Source: an uncultured Candidatus Saccharibacteria bacterium
GTDB lineage: Bacteria > Patescibacteriota > Minisyncoccia > Phycocordibacterales > UBA9973
NCBI GenBank assembly: GCA_964360745.1
Contig: CAYHYF010000001.1
Coordinates: 1-37,805 of the forward strand
Reading direction: 5' to 3'
Length of the DNA: 37,805 nucleotides
The position numbers and the translations under genes were made by a program. The notes under the pieces were generated by a model. That model was not told the origin of the DNA. It did not search any database and worked only from the letters and a program-made list of their open reading frames with translations. Positions 23,199 through 31,666 of the stretch are shown here, in pieces (within the stretch, counting starts at the first letter, position 1; every line of letters starts with the position of its first letter).

Positions 23199-24485
23199 TT
23201 AATAAGAAATTCTCACAAAAGCAGGGCCTCCATTTCCACTTTTCACATCTTGAAAACAAGTCCATTTGACTTGAAAATCACATTTTAATCCTTGAACAGA
23301 TGGAACAGGAATGTTGGTCATTTCTCCGCCGTGAGAAACTTTTATTGTATAAGTTTCATTTGGACTTGCCGTCACTTTTGCTTTTATGTATCCACCTCCA
23401 CCTCCACCTGCATATCCTTTTTGAGAATCTAGACAATTATCATCAAAACATCCACCATTTAATGTATAAGATGATGATCCACCATGCCCACTCGCTCCAG
23501 ATCCTCCAGATCCACGCACGCCATCATACCCATTTTTTCCTTTAAATGGTATTCCATTTTTAGGAGCCGGATCAAAATCACAAGTAGGAACAAATCCGGG
23601 ATTTCCGCCTATTTGTCCAGGGATATATGCTTTTCCACTTCCTCCACTTCCTCCTTCTCCTCCTTTGCCACCAAATCCACCAGACAATAAATATTTTGAA
23701 GTATTTGATCCTGCACAAAGAACACTGGCAGTTTGGCTTTGTTGTCCCGAACTGCCATTTCCTCCATTGTCTCCATTTGCATAAGTTGTAAAATTGACTT
23801 TAGAGTTTGTTGGTGTGTCCACTGTGCCACCAGACCCACCTGTGTTTGTAGAGGTCGGCGCTTTGCCACCAAAAGCTTTTGCTATCACAGTACTACCTTT
23901 TAAAATAGATGCCGATCCTCCATCGGAACAATAAAAATCGTTACCCGAAACACAAGTGGAGCTACTATCAGGTGATCTATTTGTAGAACTACTACTTCCC
24001 TCAAAGTATCCCATACCTCCAGCACCCCAAAGTTCCACTGTAAATTCTGTGACGTTTGCAGGAACTATAAATGTATAAGTGGTAAATGGATTATTTCCTG
24101 TATGATAAAATTCAATCCAACCACAGTCTGATATATCTCCATCTTGATTTGCGCATACTTGCCTTCCTTCATCTTTTAAAGATGATAGTCGTATTGCACC
24201 TCTTACGTCTAATGCGACTTGTGGATTTATTTCCGTATTTGTGCCTGTGGCTTTTACTCCAAGACCAAGCCACCCAGAAGACAATACTCTTGCCAATTTA
24301 CTTCCATTCATATCTCCAGCAATCAAGCTATTGATAGCCAGTCCTCCTGCTTTAGTCTGACTTGTGGCAAGCTGTGTAATTGGTAATTCAAAAGATGAAA
24401 CAATATTTGAAGTAAAACCAAATATTAAAAATAAAGTTGCCAGAAGTATTGTAGTATTAAATTTTTTCTTCATTGTATTTTTCAT
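23199..24485 (-). CDS. Secreted glycine-rich-domain protein (LWGAGG head), paralogue of 24864..26312
   Basis: A signal peptide, then the handle ALDVRGAIRLSSL...QVCANQDGDISDCG, then YTFIVPANVTEFTVELWGAGGMGY, Gly runs, and GYAGGGGGGYIKAKV...GGPAFVRISY. Confidence 0.6.
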   Translation of the reverse strand: MKNTMKKKFNTTILLATLFLIFGFTSNIVSSFELPITQLATSQTKAGGLAINSLIAGDMNGSKLARVLSSGWLGLGVKATGTNTEINPQVALDVRGAIRLSSLKDEGRQVCANQDGDISDCGWIEFYHTGNNPFTTYTFIVPANVTEFTVELWGAGGMGYFEGSSSSTNRSPDSSSTCVSGNDFYCSDGGSASILKGSTVIAKAFGGKAPTSTNTGGSGGTVDTPTNSKVNFTTYANGDNGGNGSSGQQSQTASVLCAGSNTSKYLLSGGFGGKGGEGGSGGSGKAYIPGQIGGNPGFVPTCDFDPAPKNGIPFKGKNGYDGVRGSGGSGASGHGGSSSYTLNGGCFDDNCLDSQKGYAGGGGGGYIKAKVTASPNETYTIKVSHGGEMTNIPVPSVQGLKCDFQVKWTCFQDVKSGNGGPAFVRISY

Positions 24486-24486
24486 A

Positions 24487-24858
24487 TTAATTGCATCTTA
24501 CTAATACACCACCCGCACCTGCACAAATCTTAGAATTGTTTGACGGTGTGCCAGACAAAGAGCTTGATTTAATATCTCCATCCACCACCATTCGTACCGA
24601 TGATACAGGACCAAGATTACTACCTACACTCACATTACCATAAGAATTGACTTGAAAAGAATTTGCAGTGACACCAGCAGAGAAAGCTTTCACACTCAAA
24701 GTGGCATTTTTTATTTGATTTTCATTACCTTCGTGTATTGGATTTTTTGAATCACTACTAGACGATGGAGCATTTGTATTATCTGTAAATGCAATAATCG
24801 CAGAAAAAGAAGCGAGTAGTGAAAACGATATTAAAATTGTATAAAAAGTTTTTTTCAT
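24487..24858 (-). CDS. Small secreted protein consisting only of the shared Cys-clasp handle module
   Basis: Signal peptide MKKTFYTILISFSLLASFSAIIA. It ends ...GNVSVGSNLGPVSSVRMVVDGDIKSSSLSGTPSNNSKICAGAGGVLVRCN. Confidence 0.55.
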   Translation of the reverse strand: MKKTFYTILISFSLLASFSAIIAFTDNTNAPSSSSDSKNPIHEGNENQIKNATLSVKAFSAGVTANSFQVNSYGNVSVGSNLGPVSSVRMVVDGDIKSSSLSGTPSNNSKICAGAGGVLVRCN

Positions 24859-24863
24859 ATTAA

Positions 24864-26312
24864 TTAATTTCCATAAATAAATTCAACTTTCACTTTTCCA
24901 GGCCCTCCTTTACCAGAAACTGCTCCACCACCAAGTTCATTTTTCTCACAACCAGTACCTGTACAACTTTTGATTTGTGGCACACCGCCTCTGCCTGCTT
25001 TTATGTAAAATACTTGAGATGAAGATACAGGCACAGTAGCATAAATATATGACCCAGCACCGCCACCAGAAGATGATATTTGTCCCTTACACAATTCAGA
25101 AGATGGATAAACATTATTGCAAGTAGAAGTATCCGTTGATGCCGATACTCCACCCTTACCACCAAATCCACTGCCACCAGCACTGAGGGTCGCTCCGTTC
25201 ACGCCATTTCCTCCAGGACGATTATTTTTCATATCAGCAGGGACATGATTATCACTAGTAGTATCTTTTTTATTGCAATCAAGATAAGTCTGAGAATCTG
25301 GATCACCAGTCAAAAAATTCCAATAAGATCCTCCTCCATATTCCACACTAGAAATTGGTCCACCCTTTCCACCAGTACCACCATTTACTTTACTACCTTG
25401 GTATGGCGCTCCGCCTTTTCCGCCAATATTTCCAGTGCCCCCACGCAATACGTAGTACGTTGTTCCTCCACAACTGCCAGTCTTGACTGATGTCGGATTT
25501 CCATTGAAAGAACTTGGTGGAATTTCCCCGTCTCCACCATTCGCTTTTGTATATATTGTAGCCCCACCACTAGTGATATAGGTAATAGCTTCACCTCCTT
25601 TACCTGCCACATTTGATATAATTGATCCAGCACCTCCATTTGCTGTAAGAGAAACATTTGCTCCTTCAAAGAAAGAGCTGTCGCCGTCATCACCAAATGT
25701 CTCCACATTTGCACTTCCATACCCTGCACCTCCTGCACCCCAAAGATATACATTGAGAGCTGTCACACCTTCCGGTATTATCAACGAATAAATTCCTGAT
25801 TCTGAATCACTACTTGAAGGTGCTATCGGATCAAATTCAATACTTTGACCACAGCGTTCTATCACCCCTATCAGGCTTGCGCACAATGGAATCTTGCCAG
25901 CAGTATTTCTTTTAAAATCAAGGGCTCTGATTGTGCCTTTAATTACAATGTTGTTGTTGCCGTCTTTTTTTTCTAAAATATCAAGCACGATACCACTTCC
26001 AGCATTTGGTCTTCCCACAGACATTGAGCCTACTTCATTTATTCTTGCAAAATCAACCGGTGTATCATCGGCTGGAGTACCACCTGGAATTGTCCCCACC
26101 AGAAGTGATTTAAGCCAAAGCCTACCAAAATTACTATCGAGTGGTTCACCTTTTGTCTGATTACCCGATCCGGCATCTACGAGCTTAGTGACAGATGTAG
26201 AAATCGAAGCTGATCTTAAAAAAGCAGATGCATAAGAAGCAGTCAAGGCTATTGCAATCCCTAAAAATATTGCTGAGGCCGGTTTTAAAATTATCTTTAA
26301 TATTTTTTTCAT
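24864..26312 (-). CDS. Secreted glycine-rich-domain protein (LWGAGG head)
   Basis: A signal/TM segment, then the handle ...IKGTIRALDF...KIPLCASLIGVIERCG, then YSLIIPEGVTALNVYLWGAGGAGYG, Gly runs, and SSSGGGAGSYIYATV...GGPGKVKVEFIY. Confidence 0.6.
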   Translation of the reverse strand: MKKILKIILKPASAIFLGIAIALTASYASAFLRSASISTSVTKLVDAGSGNQTKGEPLDSNFGRLWLKSLLVGTIPGGTPADDTPVDFARINEVGSMSVGRPNAGSGIVLDILEKKDGNNNIVIKGTIRALDFKRNTAGKIPLCASLIGVIERCGQSIEFDPIAPSSSDSESGIYSLIIPEGVTALNVYLWGAGGAGYGSANVETFGDDGDSSFFEGANVSLTANGGAGSIISNVAGKGGEAITYITSGGATIYTKANGGDGEIPPSSFNGNPTSVKTGSCGGTTYYVLRGGTGNIGGKGGAPYQGSKVNGGTGGKGGPISSVEYGGGSYWNFLTGDPDSQTYLDCNKKDTTSDNHVPADMKNNRPGGNGVNGATLSAGGSGFGGKGGVSASTDTSTCNNVYPSSELCKGQISSSGGGAGSYIYATVPVSSSQVFYIKAGRGGVPQIKSCTGTGCEKNELGGGAVSGKGGPGKVKVEFIYGN

Positions 26313-26331
26313 ATACTAATTATATTATACA

Positions 26332-27954
26332 CTAAAATGGTTTGTATATTGGTTTTATAGATGCACCAGCTTGAGCTGGACAGAAATTTAAAGTGAAATT
26401 GTAATTAGATTCATTAAATGGAACAACATTGATATTGACAACCACTGGATCTTTTTTATTATTTGTCTTTGCAATATAATCTGCCTCACTCACTGTATAT
26501 TTAGCTTCAATCGTATTATAAAGTCCCGTAATTGAATCAAGTTTAAAGCTATTATTTGACAACGTAAAACCTGTACCAGAGAAAGAAAGATCTATTGGTG
26601 AGGTATTGTATCCAAAATAAGGAGTTGCTTTCAATATCACTTTTGCAACATAATTTGTACCATCTTTAACAAAAACTCCTCCATATTTTTCATTTGTTTT
26701 TGTGGTTCCACACCTTGTGTCACCAGTAATCTTATAAAATGGCTGACAAATTTTAGCGGTGACATTTTGTGATTTATGATTTGCTTTATTTGATGTACCA
26801 TTTGTACATTGCATATTATATATTGTATCGTGTCCACCAAAACCACTATCGGTAAAAGTATTTCCTGATGTAGTTCCCAATAAACTATTATCACCATATA
26901 TATCACAAGAGGGAGAAATTCCTTTCATATTTAGAATATCGAGTGTAGGTTTATTAGTTTTAAGAATACAACTAAATGGTACATAAAGTTCTGGTTCAAA
27001 TGTATTCACGACCACAGTCCACACTGCAGATTTTGTAATAAATCCATCGGTACACTCTATCTTGAAAGTGGTAGATGTATTTGTTGTCTGTCCATCATTA
27101 TTATTGTTATTATGTGATATATCAATACCAGTAATGGTTCCCGATGTACCAGAAACTGTCTTTGAATTCCACCAAGAGTCCCAAACCGAGCTACCATTTC
27201 CAAAAGTACTAGTGCTTGTATTTGTACAACTCGTGGGTGTAAAATTTTTTGCAGACCAAGTAAGACTAATTTCATTTCCAGCGACAGTGTAAGCATCTCC
27301 ATTTAAGGTCATACTTTCTCCGTTGTTTAAGTCAGCCACAAAGACTCCACCCTCATTTACATCATACGGTGAATTTTTTGGATTTAAATCAATCCATCCT
27401 ACGACTTCATCACCCCACCAAAAACCATTTGATTTACCATCTATTTTATAGACATCTACACTATATGTAGGATTCATCGTCACTTTATTTATTGTATCAA
27501 TATTTGCATTGTATGAGCCACCACCCAAAGATATCCATCCGTCCCAACCACCACTATTGTATTGTCCTTTTTCAGGAACGACAAAAGCTTGTGCCCAACC
27601 ACCTTTTGCCCATTTATTTTGAAAATTTGAACAAGGACTTGAAATATTTGGTGGACAACCACCCCATTTTTGTGGATTAAAATTTATGATTCCAATACTT
27701 TTACTATATGCTGTGCCACTGACTATGTTTGTGGCAATATCTAACGTCAGACCGTGAGAAGGCACCGTACTGTCACAAGTCTGTGAATCACTAGGATCTG
27801 CACAATTATTAAAACTAATCCAACCAATATTATCACTCCAAGCATTACCAAATACATTTTCTCCTCCACCGGCAAAAACTGGAGTAAAATTTAAAAAAAA
27901 TATAAAAAATAATATTGGGGAAACATATAAAAAAGTTTTATAAAAAAGTTTCAT
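26332..27954 (-). CDS. Secreted Cys-containing protein with four N-terminal GWIS(F/L)N-type repeats
   Basis: Signal peptide ending FAGGG. Repeats GNAWSDNIGWISFNN, GTAYSKSIGIINFNP, GGWDGWISLGG and GFWWGDEVVGWIDLNP. 12 Cys residues. Confidence 0.55.
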   Translation of the reverse strand: MKLFYKTFLYVSPILFFIFFLNFTPVFAGGGENVFGNAWSDNIGWISFNNCADPSDSQTCDSTVPSHGLTLDIATNIVSGTAYSKSIGIINFNPQKWGGCPPNISSPCSNFQNKWAKGGWAQAFVVPEKGQYNSGGWDGWISLGGGSYNANIDTINKVTMNPTYSVDVYKIDGKSNGFWWGDEVVGWIDLNPKNSPYDVNEGGVFVADLNNGESMTLNGDAYTVAGNEISLTWSAKNFTPTSCTNTSTSTFGNGSSVWDSWWNSKTVSGTSGTITGIDISHNNNNNDGQTTNTSTTFKIECTDGFITKSAVWTVVVNTFEPELYVPFSCILKTNKPTLDILNMKGISPSCDIYGDNSLLGTTSGNTFTDSGFGGHDTIYNMQCTNGTSNKANHKSQNVTAKICQPFYKITGDTRCGTTKTNEKYGGVFVKDGTNYVAKVILKATPYFGYNTSPIDLSFSGTGFTLSNNSFKLDSITGLYNTIEAKYTVSEADYIAKTNNKKDPVVVNINVVPFNESNYNFTLNFCPAQAGASIKPIYKPF

Positions 27955-27957
27955 ATT

Positions 27958-28314
27958 TTAATTTGGAGCATTTAATATTGAATTAATTTCTTCTTCTGTT
28001 TTCGTAGTTTTATTTTGTAAAGAAGTATCTTTATTAGACAAACTGTTTATATACTGAAGTTTTTCTTCCTCTGTAAGTACTGTTGAACTTTGTTTATCAA
28101 AAGGAGCGCCAAGTTTTTCTAAAACATTCATTCTTTCTTCGTTTGTAATGACCTGATCCTCTTCATTTTTATTTACTTGTTTTTTGTAAATTAGAAAATA
28201 TCCCAACAATATGACTGCTACTAGGACAACGACGATTAAAACAACTTTTTTAATTTTAATTTCTTTATTTTCTTTAATATTTGTAGTATTTATATTTTTT
28301 TCATCAGTATCCAT
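27958..28314 (-). CDS. Small bitopic membrane protein, first gene of the glycine-rich operon
   Basis: K/E-rich N-terminus and a single TM segment VVLIVVVLVAVILLGYFLIY. The track start at 28347 is TTG; the ATG at 28314 is preferred, and TGgTAAAAT lies 10 nt upstream of it. Confidence 0.55.
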   Translation of the reverse strand: MDTDEKNINTTNIKENKEIKIKKVVLIVVVLVAVILLGYFLIYKKQVNKNEEDQVITNEERMNVLEKLGAPFDKQSSTVLTEEEKLQYINSLSNKDTSLQNKTTKTEEEINSILNAPN

Positions 28315-28379
28315 ATGTCTATCTATTTTACCACACCTATCTTGCAAAAAAAAGTAAAATAATGTATTATGTGTGGATT

Positions 28380-28407
28380 AATCCGTCTCGAACCGGATTT
28401 TTATTTT
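28380..28407 (+). terminator. Weak terminator-like hairpin + T-run in the nusA upstream region (possible attenuator)
   Basis: AATCCG-tctcgaac-CGGATTTTTATTTT read directly. There is no plus-strand gene upstream of it. Confidence 0.3.
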
Positions 28408-28547
28408 AGACAAATAAGGAGTATAGCGACTATATTTTTCTTAACCCTATTAAATAAATTTTGTTTTTTGACAAAATTTAAAATCTAAAAGATTTTATTT
28501 AACAGGGTGGAGATTTTTATACTCGTAAGACTCATTAAAAATCATCC

Positions 28548-29747
28548 ATGTTAGACCTAAAAACAATGAAATCTGCTCTTGAGCAACTTGAGCAAGAGAG
28601 AAAAATCCCAAAAGAAAAAATAATCGAGGCTATCGAGCAAGCACTTGCCGCTGCTTATAAAAAAGATTACGGAAAGAAAGGCCAAATTATACGTGCTCAT
28701 TTCAATGAAGAGACTGGTGTGACAGAATTTTACCAAGTAAAAATCGTCGTAGATGATTCTCTTGTGCGGCCTATCGAAGTTGAAGGTAAAGAGGAAGAAG
28801 AAATCGCCGAAGATGACGAGAGGGTGCGATTCAATGAAGAGCATCACATAATGCTCGAAGATGCAAAAATTATAAAAAGTGAAGCACAAATAGAAGAAGA
28901 GATCATATTCCCCCTAGAAGCGATGGAGGATTTTGGACGTATCGCAGCTCAAACTGCAAAGCAAGTGATCATTCAAAAAATCCGTGAAGCGGAGCGTGGC
29001 TCGATCATAGATGAATATGGAGAAAAAGAAGGTGAAGTCATAAATGGATTTATTCAAAAAGTAGAACGTGGTATGGTGTATATTGATTTTTCTCGTGCTA
29101 CTGGTATTATGCCAAGAGAAGAGCAAATTCCAGGAGAATTCTACCGTCAGGGTGACCGTGTTCGTGCTTACTTATACTCAGTAGAAGAGACTCCACGCGG
29201 AGTAAACTTGAAGCTTTCTCGTAGTCATCCAAAATTCTTGGAAGAACTTTTTGCTATCGAGGCTCCAGAGATTGCATCTGGTGTGGTAGAGATAAAATCT
29301 GTGGCTCGTGAACCGGGAGCTCGATCAAAGATTGCAGTATATTCAAATGATGAACACATTGATCCTGTGGGTTCTTGTGTGGGGCAAAGAGGCTCACGTG
29401 TGACGACTGTGATGGGAGAACTCAATGGTGAAAAAATAGATATCATTCCTTGGTCAGAAGATTCAAGAACTTTTATCGGCAATTCCCTATCACCTGCCAA
29501 AGCACTCGATATTCAAATAGATGAAGAAAACCACAAAGCCACTGTCGAAGTCGCCGATGATCAGCTTTCATTAGCCATCGGCAAAGGTGGGCAAAATGTA
29601 CGCCTTGCAGCAAAGCTCACAGGCTGGAGAATAGATATAAAAGGAATTTCTGGAGAAGTAATCTCAAGTGAAGAAGAAGTTTCAGACACTCAAAATGATG
29701 AAGTAGTTGCAGAAAATCAAGAAGAAAGTGATATAATAAAAGAATAA
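28548..29747 (+). CDS. nusA: Transcription termination/antitermination factor NusA
   Basis: The NusA N-terminal domain (LEQERKIPKEKIIEAIEQALAAAYKK), the S1 domain (GEVINGFIQKVERGMVYIDF) and two KH domains (GSRVTTVMGEL, GKGGQNVRLAAKLTGWRIDI) are present. Confidence 0.9.
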   Translation: MLDLKTMKSALEQLEQERKIPKEKIIEAIEQALAAAYKKDYGKKGQIIRAHFNEETGVTEFYQVKIVVDDSLVRPIEVEGKEEEEIAEDDERVRFNEEHHIMLEDAKIIKSEAQIEEEIIFPLEAMEDFGRIAAQTAKQVIIQKIREAERGSIIDEYGEKEGEVINGFIQKVERGMVYIDFSRATGIMPREEQIPGEFYRQGDRVRAYLYSVEETPRGVNLKLSRSHPKFLEELFAIEAPEIASGVVEIKSVAREPGARSKIAVYSNDEHIDPVGSCVGQRGSRVTTVMGELNGEKIDIIPWSEDSRTFIGNSLSPAKALDIQIDEENHKATVEVADDQLSLAIGKGGQNVRLAAKLTGWRIDIKGISGEVISSEEEVSDTQNDEVVAENQEESDIIKE

Positions 29748-29775
29748 TTATAAATTTAATTTTCTAATAAAATAT

Positions 29776-30321
29776 ATGAATTTATGGCACGATGTTTCAA
29801 TTGGTAAAAATGTACCCGACGAGTTTAATTGTATTGTTGAAATTCCAAAAAATTCACACAATAAATACGAAATAGATAAAGAAACAGGATTGATAGCACT
29901 CGATCGTGCAAATTATAATGCAGCTCCATACCCTTTCGATTATGCTTTTATTCCTCAAACATTATGGGAAGATGGTGACGCCCTCGATGTTATTATTCTT
30001 TCCACTTATCCTTTAGCTGTCGGAGTACTTGTTGCAGTACGACCAGTAGCAATTATGGACATGATTGATAGTGGTGAATCTGATGCAAAAATCATAGCTG
30101 TACCAGTCAATGATCGTCGTTTTGATGATATCAATGACATTACAGATTTAAACAAACATACATTAAAAGAATACACTCATTTTTTTGAGACTTACAAAAT
30201 TCTAAAATCAGAGAATAAAGAAAAACATTTAGTCACTATTTCTGGATGCAGAGACAAAAATTCTGCAATAGAAGCTATCATCAAATCTCAAGAACTCTAT
30301 AAAGAAAAATTTAGTAAGTAA
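29776..30321 (+). CDS. ppa: Inorganic pyrophosphatase, family I
   Basis: NCIVEIPKNSHNKYEIDKETG and DGDALDVIIL match the soluble PPase signature. Confidence 0.9.
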   Translation: MNLWHDVSIGKNVPDEFNCIVEIPKNSHNKYEIDKETGLIALDRANYNAAPYPFDYAFIPQTLWEDGDALDVIILSTYPLAVGVLVAVRPVAIMDMIDSGESDAKIIAVPVNDRRFDDINDITDLNKHTLKEYTHFFETYKILKSENKEKHLVTISGCRDKNSAIEAIIKSQELYKEKFSK

Positions 30322-30335
30322 CTTTATTTATCCAC

Positions 30336-30366
30336 AAAATCCCAATACTTAAAGTATTGGGATTTT
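30336..30366 (+). terminator. Intrinsic terminator after ppa
   Basis: AAAATCCCAATACTT / AAGTATTGGGATTTT: a 15-nt inverted repeat. Confidence 0.7.
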
Positions 30367-30378
30367 GTTTATAAAATT

Positions 30379-30387
30379 TGCTATACT
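30379..30387 (+). promoter_or_regulatory. Extended -10 promoter TGCTATACT
   Basis: Read directly, about 64 nt upstream of the ATG at 30451. Confidence 0.45.
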
Positions 30388-30450
30388 GTATATAGTACTA
30401 AGATTCGTAATCTTGTGCTAAATTTTAACAATTTAAATCAAATTAAAAAT

Positions 30451-31248
30451 ATGAAAAAATTAAATTATCTAAATGTTTTGTTTATATTTGCTTTAGTTTT
30501 TGGAGGACTAATGGCAAATGCAGAAGAAGGCAGTGGTGATTATGATAAGGTATATAAAGAAAGGCAGAAAATAGAAAGAAATATTTTGAAAGATAGGGTT
30601 GAGAGAGAAAAACCTCTAAGAGTAGAAGATGAGGACGGCAAACCACTACGCCCAATCAAAGAAGAAGATCGAGTAAAAATAGAAAATAGAATCGGAGATA
30701 GAAAAGAAAAAATAGACGATAAAATAGAAAAGTTAAAAGAAAAAAGAGAGAGCTTGTCTGATAAGTGGAAAATAAAAGCAGAGGGTAGATTGCAAGCCGG
30801 AATCGAAAGACTGACAAAAATAATTGTCCGCTTAGAAGCTAGAATTGCAAAGATAGATAGTCAAAGTGGTAATACAACTCGTGCAAAAGAAAATATTGCT
30901 AAAGCAAAAGCAAATCTTGAACAAGCCCGCGCAAAGATTGCGGAAATAAAAATAATTCAAAATACTGTTGTAGATAATGCTGATGATAGTGTAGATATAG
31001 AAGAATCCGATGATATAGATGATAATGAGGACGATGTAAATGATGATTCAAAAAAAGATCTTGGACAAGATGAAATGGTTAAAAAAATAATGCCGAAAGC
31101 TCAAGAAGTGCAAAAACTTTTGAAATCTGCTCACAAAAATCTGGTTGATGCTGTGAAAGCTTTGAAAGAAGACAATAGAAATCCAAAAGCTGAAGTAAAG
31201 ACTGACAATAATGGAGATGATTCGACAAGTAGCGATGAAAACAATTAG
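30451..31248 (+). CDS. Secreted K/E/D-rich coiled-coil protein
   Basis: The signal peptide MKKLNYLNVLFIFALVFGGLMANA starts at the ATG at 30451 (the track start at 30415 is GTG). Long heptad-like charged stretches follow. Confidence 0.55.
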   Translation: MKKLNYLNVLFIFALVFGGLMANAEEGSGDYDKVYKERQKIERNILKDRVEREKPLRVEDEDGKPLRPIKEEDRVKIENRIGDRKEKIDDKIEKLKEKRESLSDKWKIKAEGRLQAGIERLTKIIVRLEARIAKIDSQSGNTTRAKENIAKAKANLEQARAKIAEIKIIQNTVVDNADDSVDIEESDDIDDNEDDVNDDSKKDLGQDEMVKKIMPKAQEVQKLLKSAHKNLVDAVKALKEDNRNPKAEVKTDNNGDDSTSSDENN

Positions 31249-31283
31249 GTCGTAGATTATTAAATTAATAAAAAAATAATTTT

Positions 31284-31577
31284 ATGGATGAAAATAATAA
31301 TACAATGGGTCAAATGGGTACAGATCAAAAAAAAGGAAGCGGTGCGCTTGTAGGATCTGTGATAATCGTAATCATCATAATCATTGCTGGTATTTATGTA
31401 TTTAAAAATGCAAAAACACAACAAACAGAAGACGTAGATACTATAAACGATTCTGTGGTTAACGATCTAGATACTCAAGGTGATGGAGACGAACTTGTAG
31501 ATATCGAAAGTGATCTTAATGCGACAAATTTAGATGAAGTAGTTCCAGGGGTTGAAACTGAGGTATCTTCTAAATAA
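31284..31577 (+). CDS. Small single-TM protein with acidic C-terminal tail
   Basis: TM segment LVGSVIIVIIIIIAGIYVF followed by a D/E-rich tail. Confidence 0.5.
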   Translation: MDENNNTMGQMGTDQKKGSGALVGSVIIVIIIIIAGIYVFKNAKTQQTEDVDTINDSVVNDLDTQGDGDELVDIESDLNATNLDEVVPGVETEVSSK

Positions 31578-31596
31578 TATAAAATAATATTTAGAT

Positions 31597-31625
31597 AAAA
31601 AGCCGTTCTCTATCACGGCTTTTTA
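31597..31625 (+). terminator. Intrinsic terminator (AGCCGT...ACGGCT + T-run)
   Basis: aaaaagccgttctctatcacggcttttt read directly. Confidence 0.6.
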
Positions 31626-31666
31626 CTTTTGACAAAATGCCAATATAAATATAAGATAAAGAAATT

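Noticed and set aside
23199-28347. Prophage tail-fibre cluster as the explanation for the glycine-rich genes.
   Set aside because: There are no capsid, portal, terminase, tape-measure, baseplate, lysis or integrase genes, and no att-like repeats anywhere in the window. All four proteins carry Sec signal peptides, which phage fibre proteins normally lack. This remains the main alternative to test with profile searches.
28372-28400. tRNA-like T-arm resemblance (gtctcgaaccgg) in the nusA upstream region.
   Set aside because: There is no acceptor stem, anticodon arm or GGTTCGAATCC-type T-loop consensus. It is just a 6-bp hairpin.
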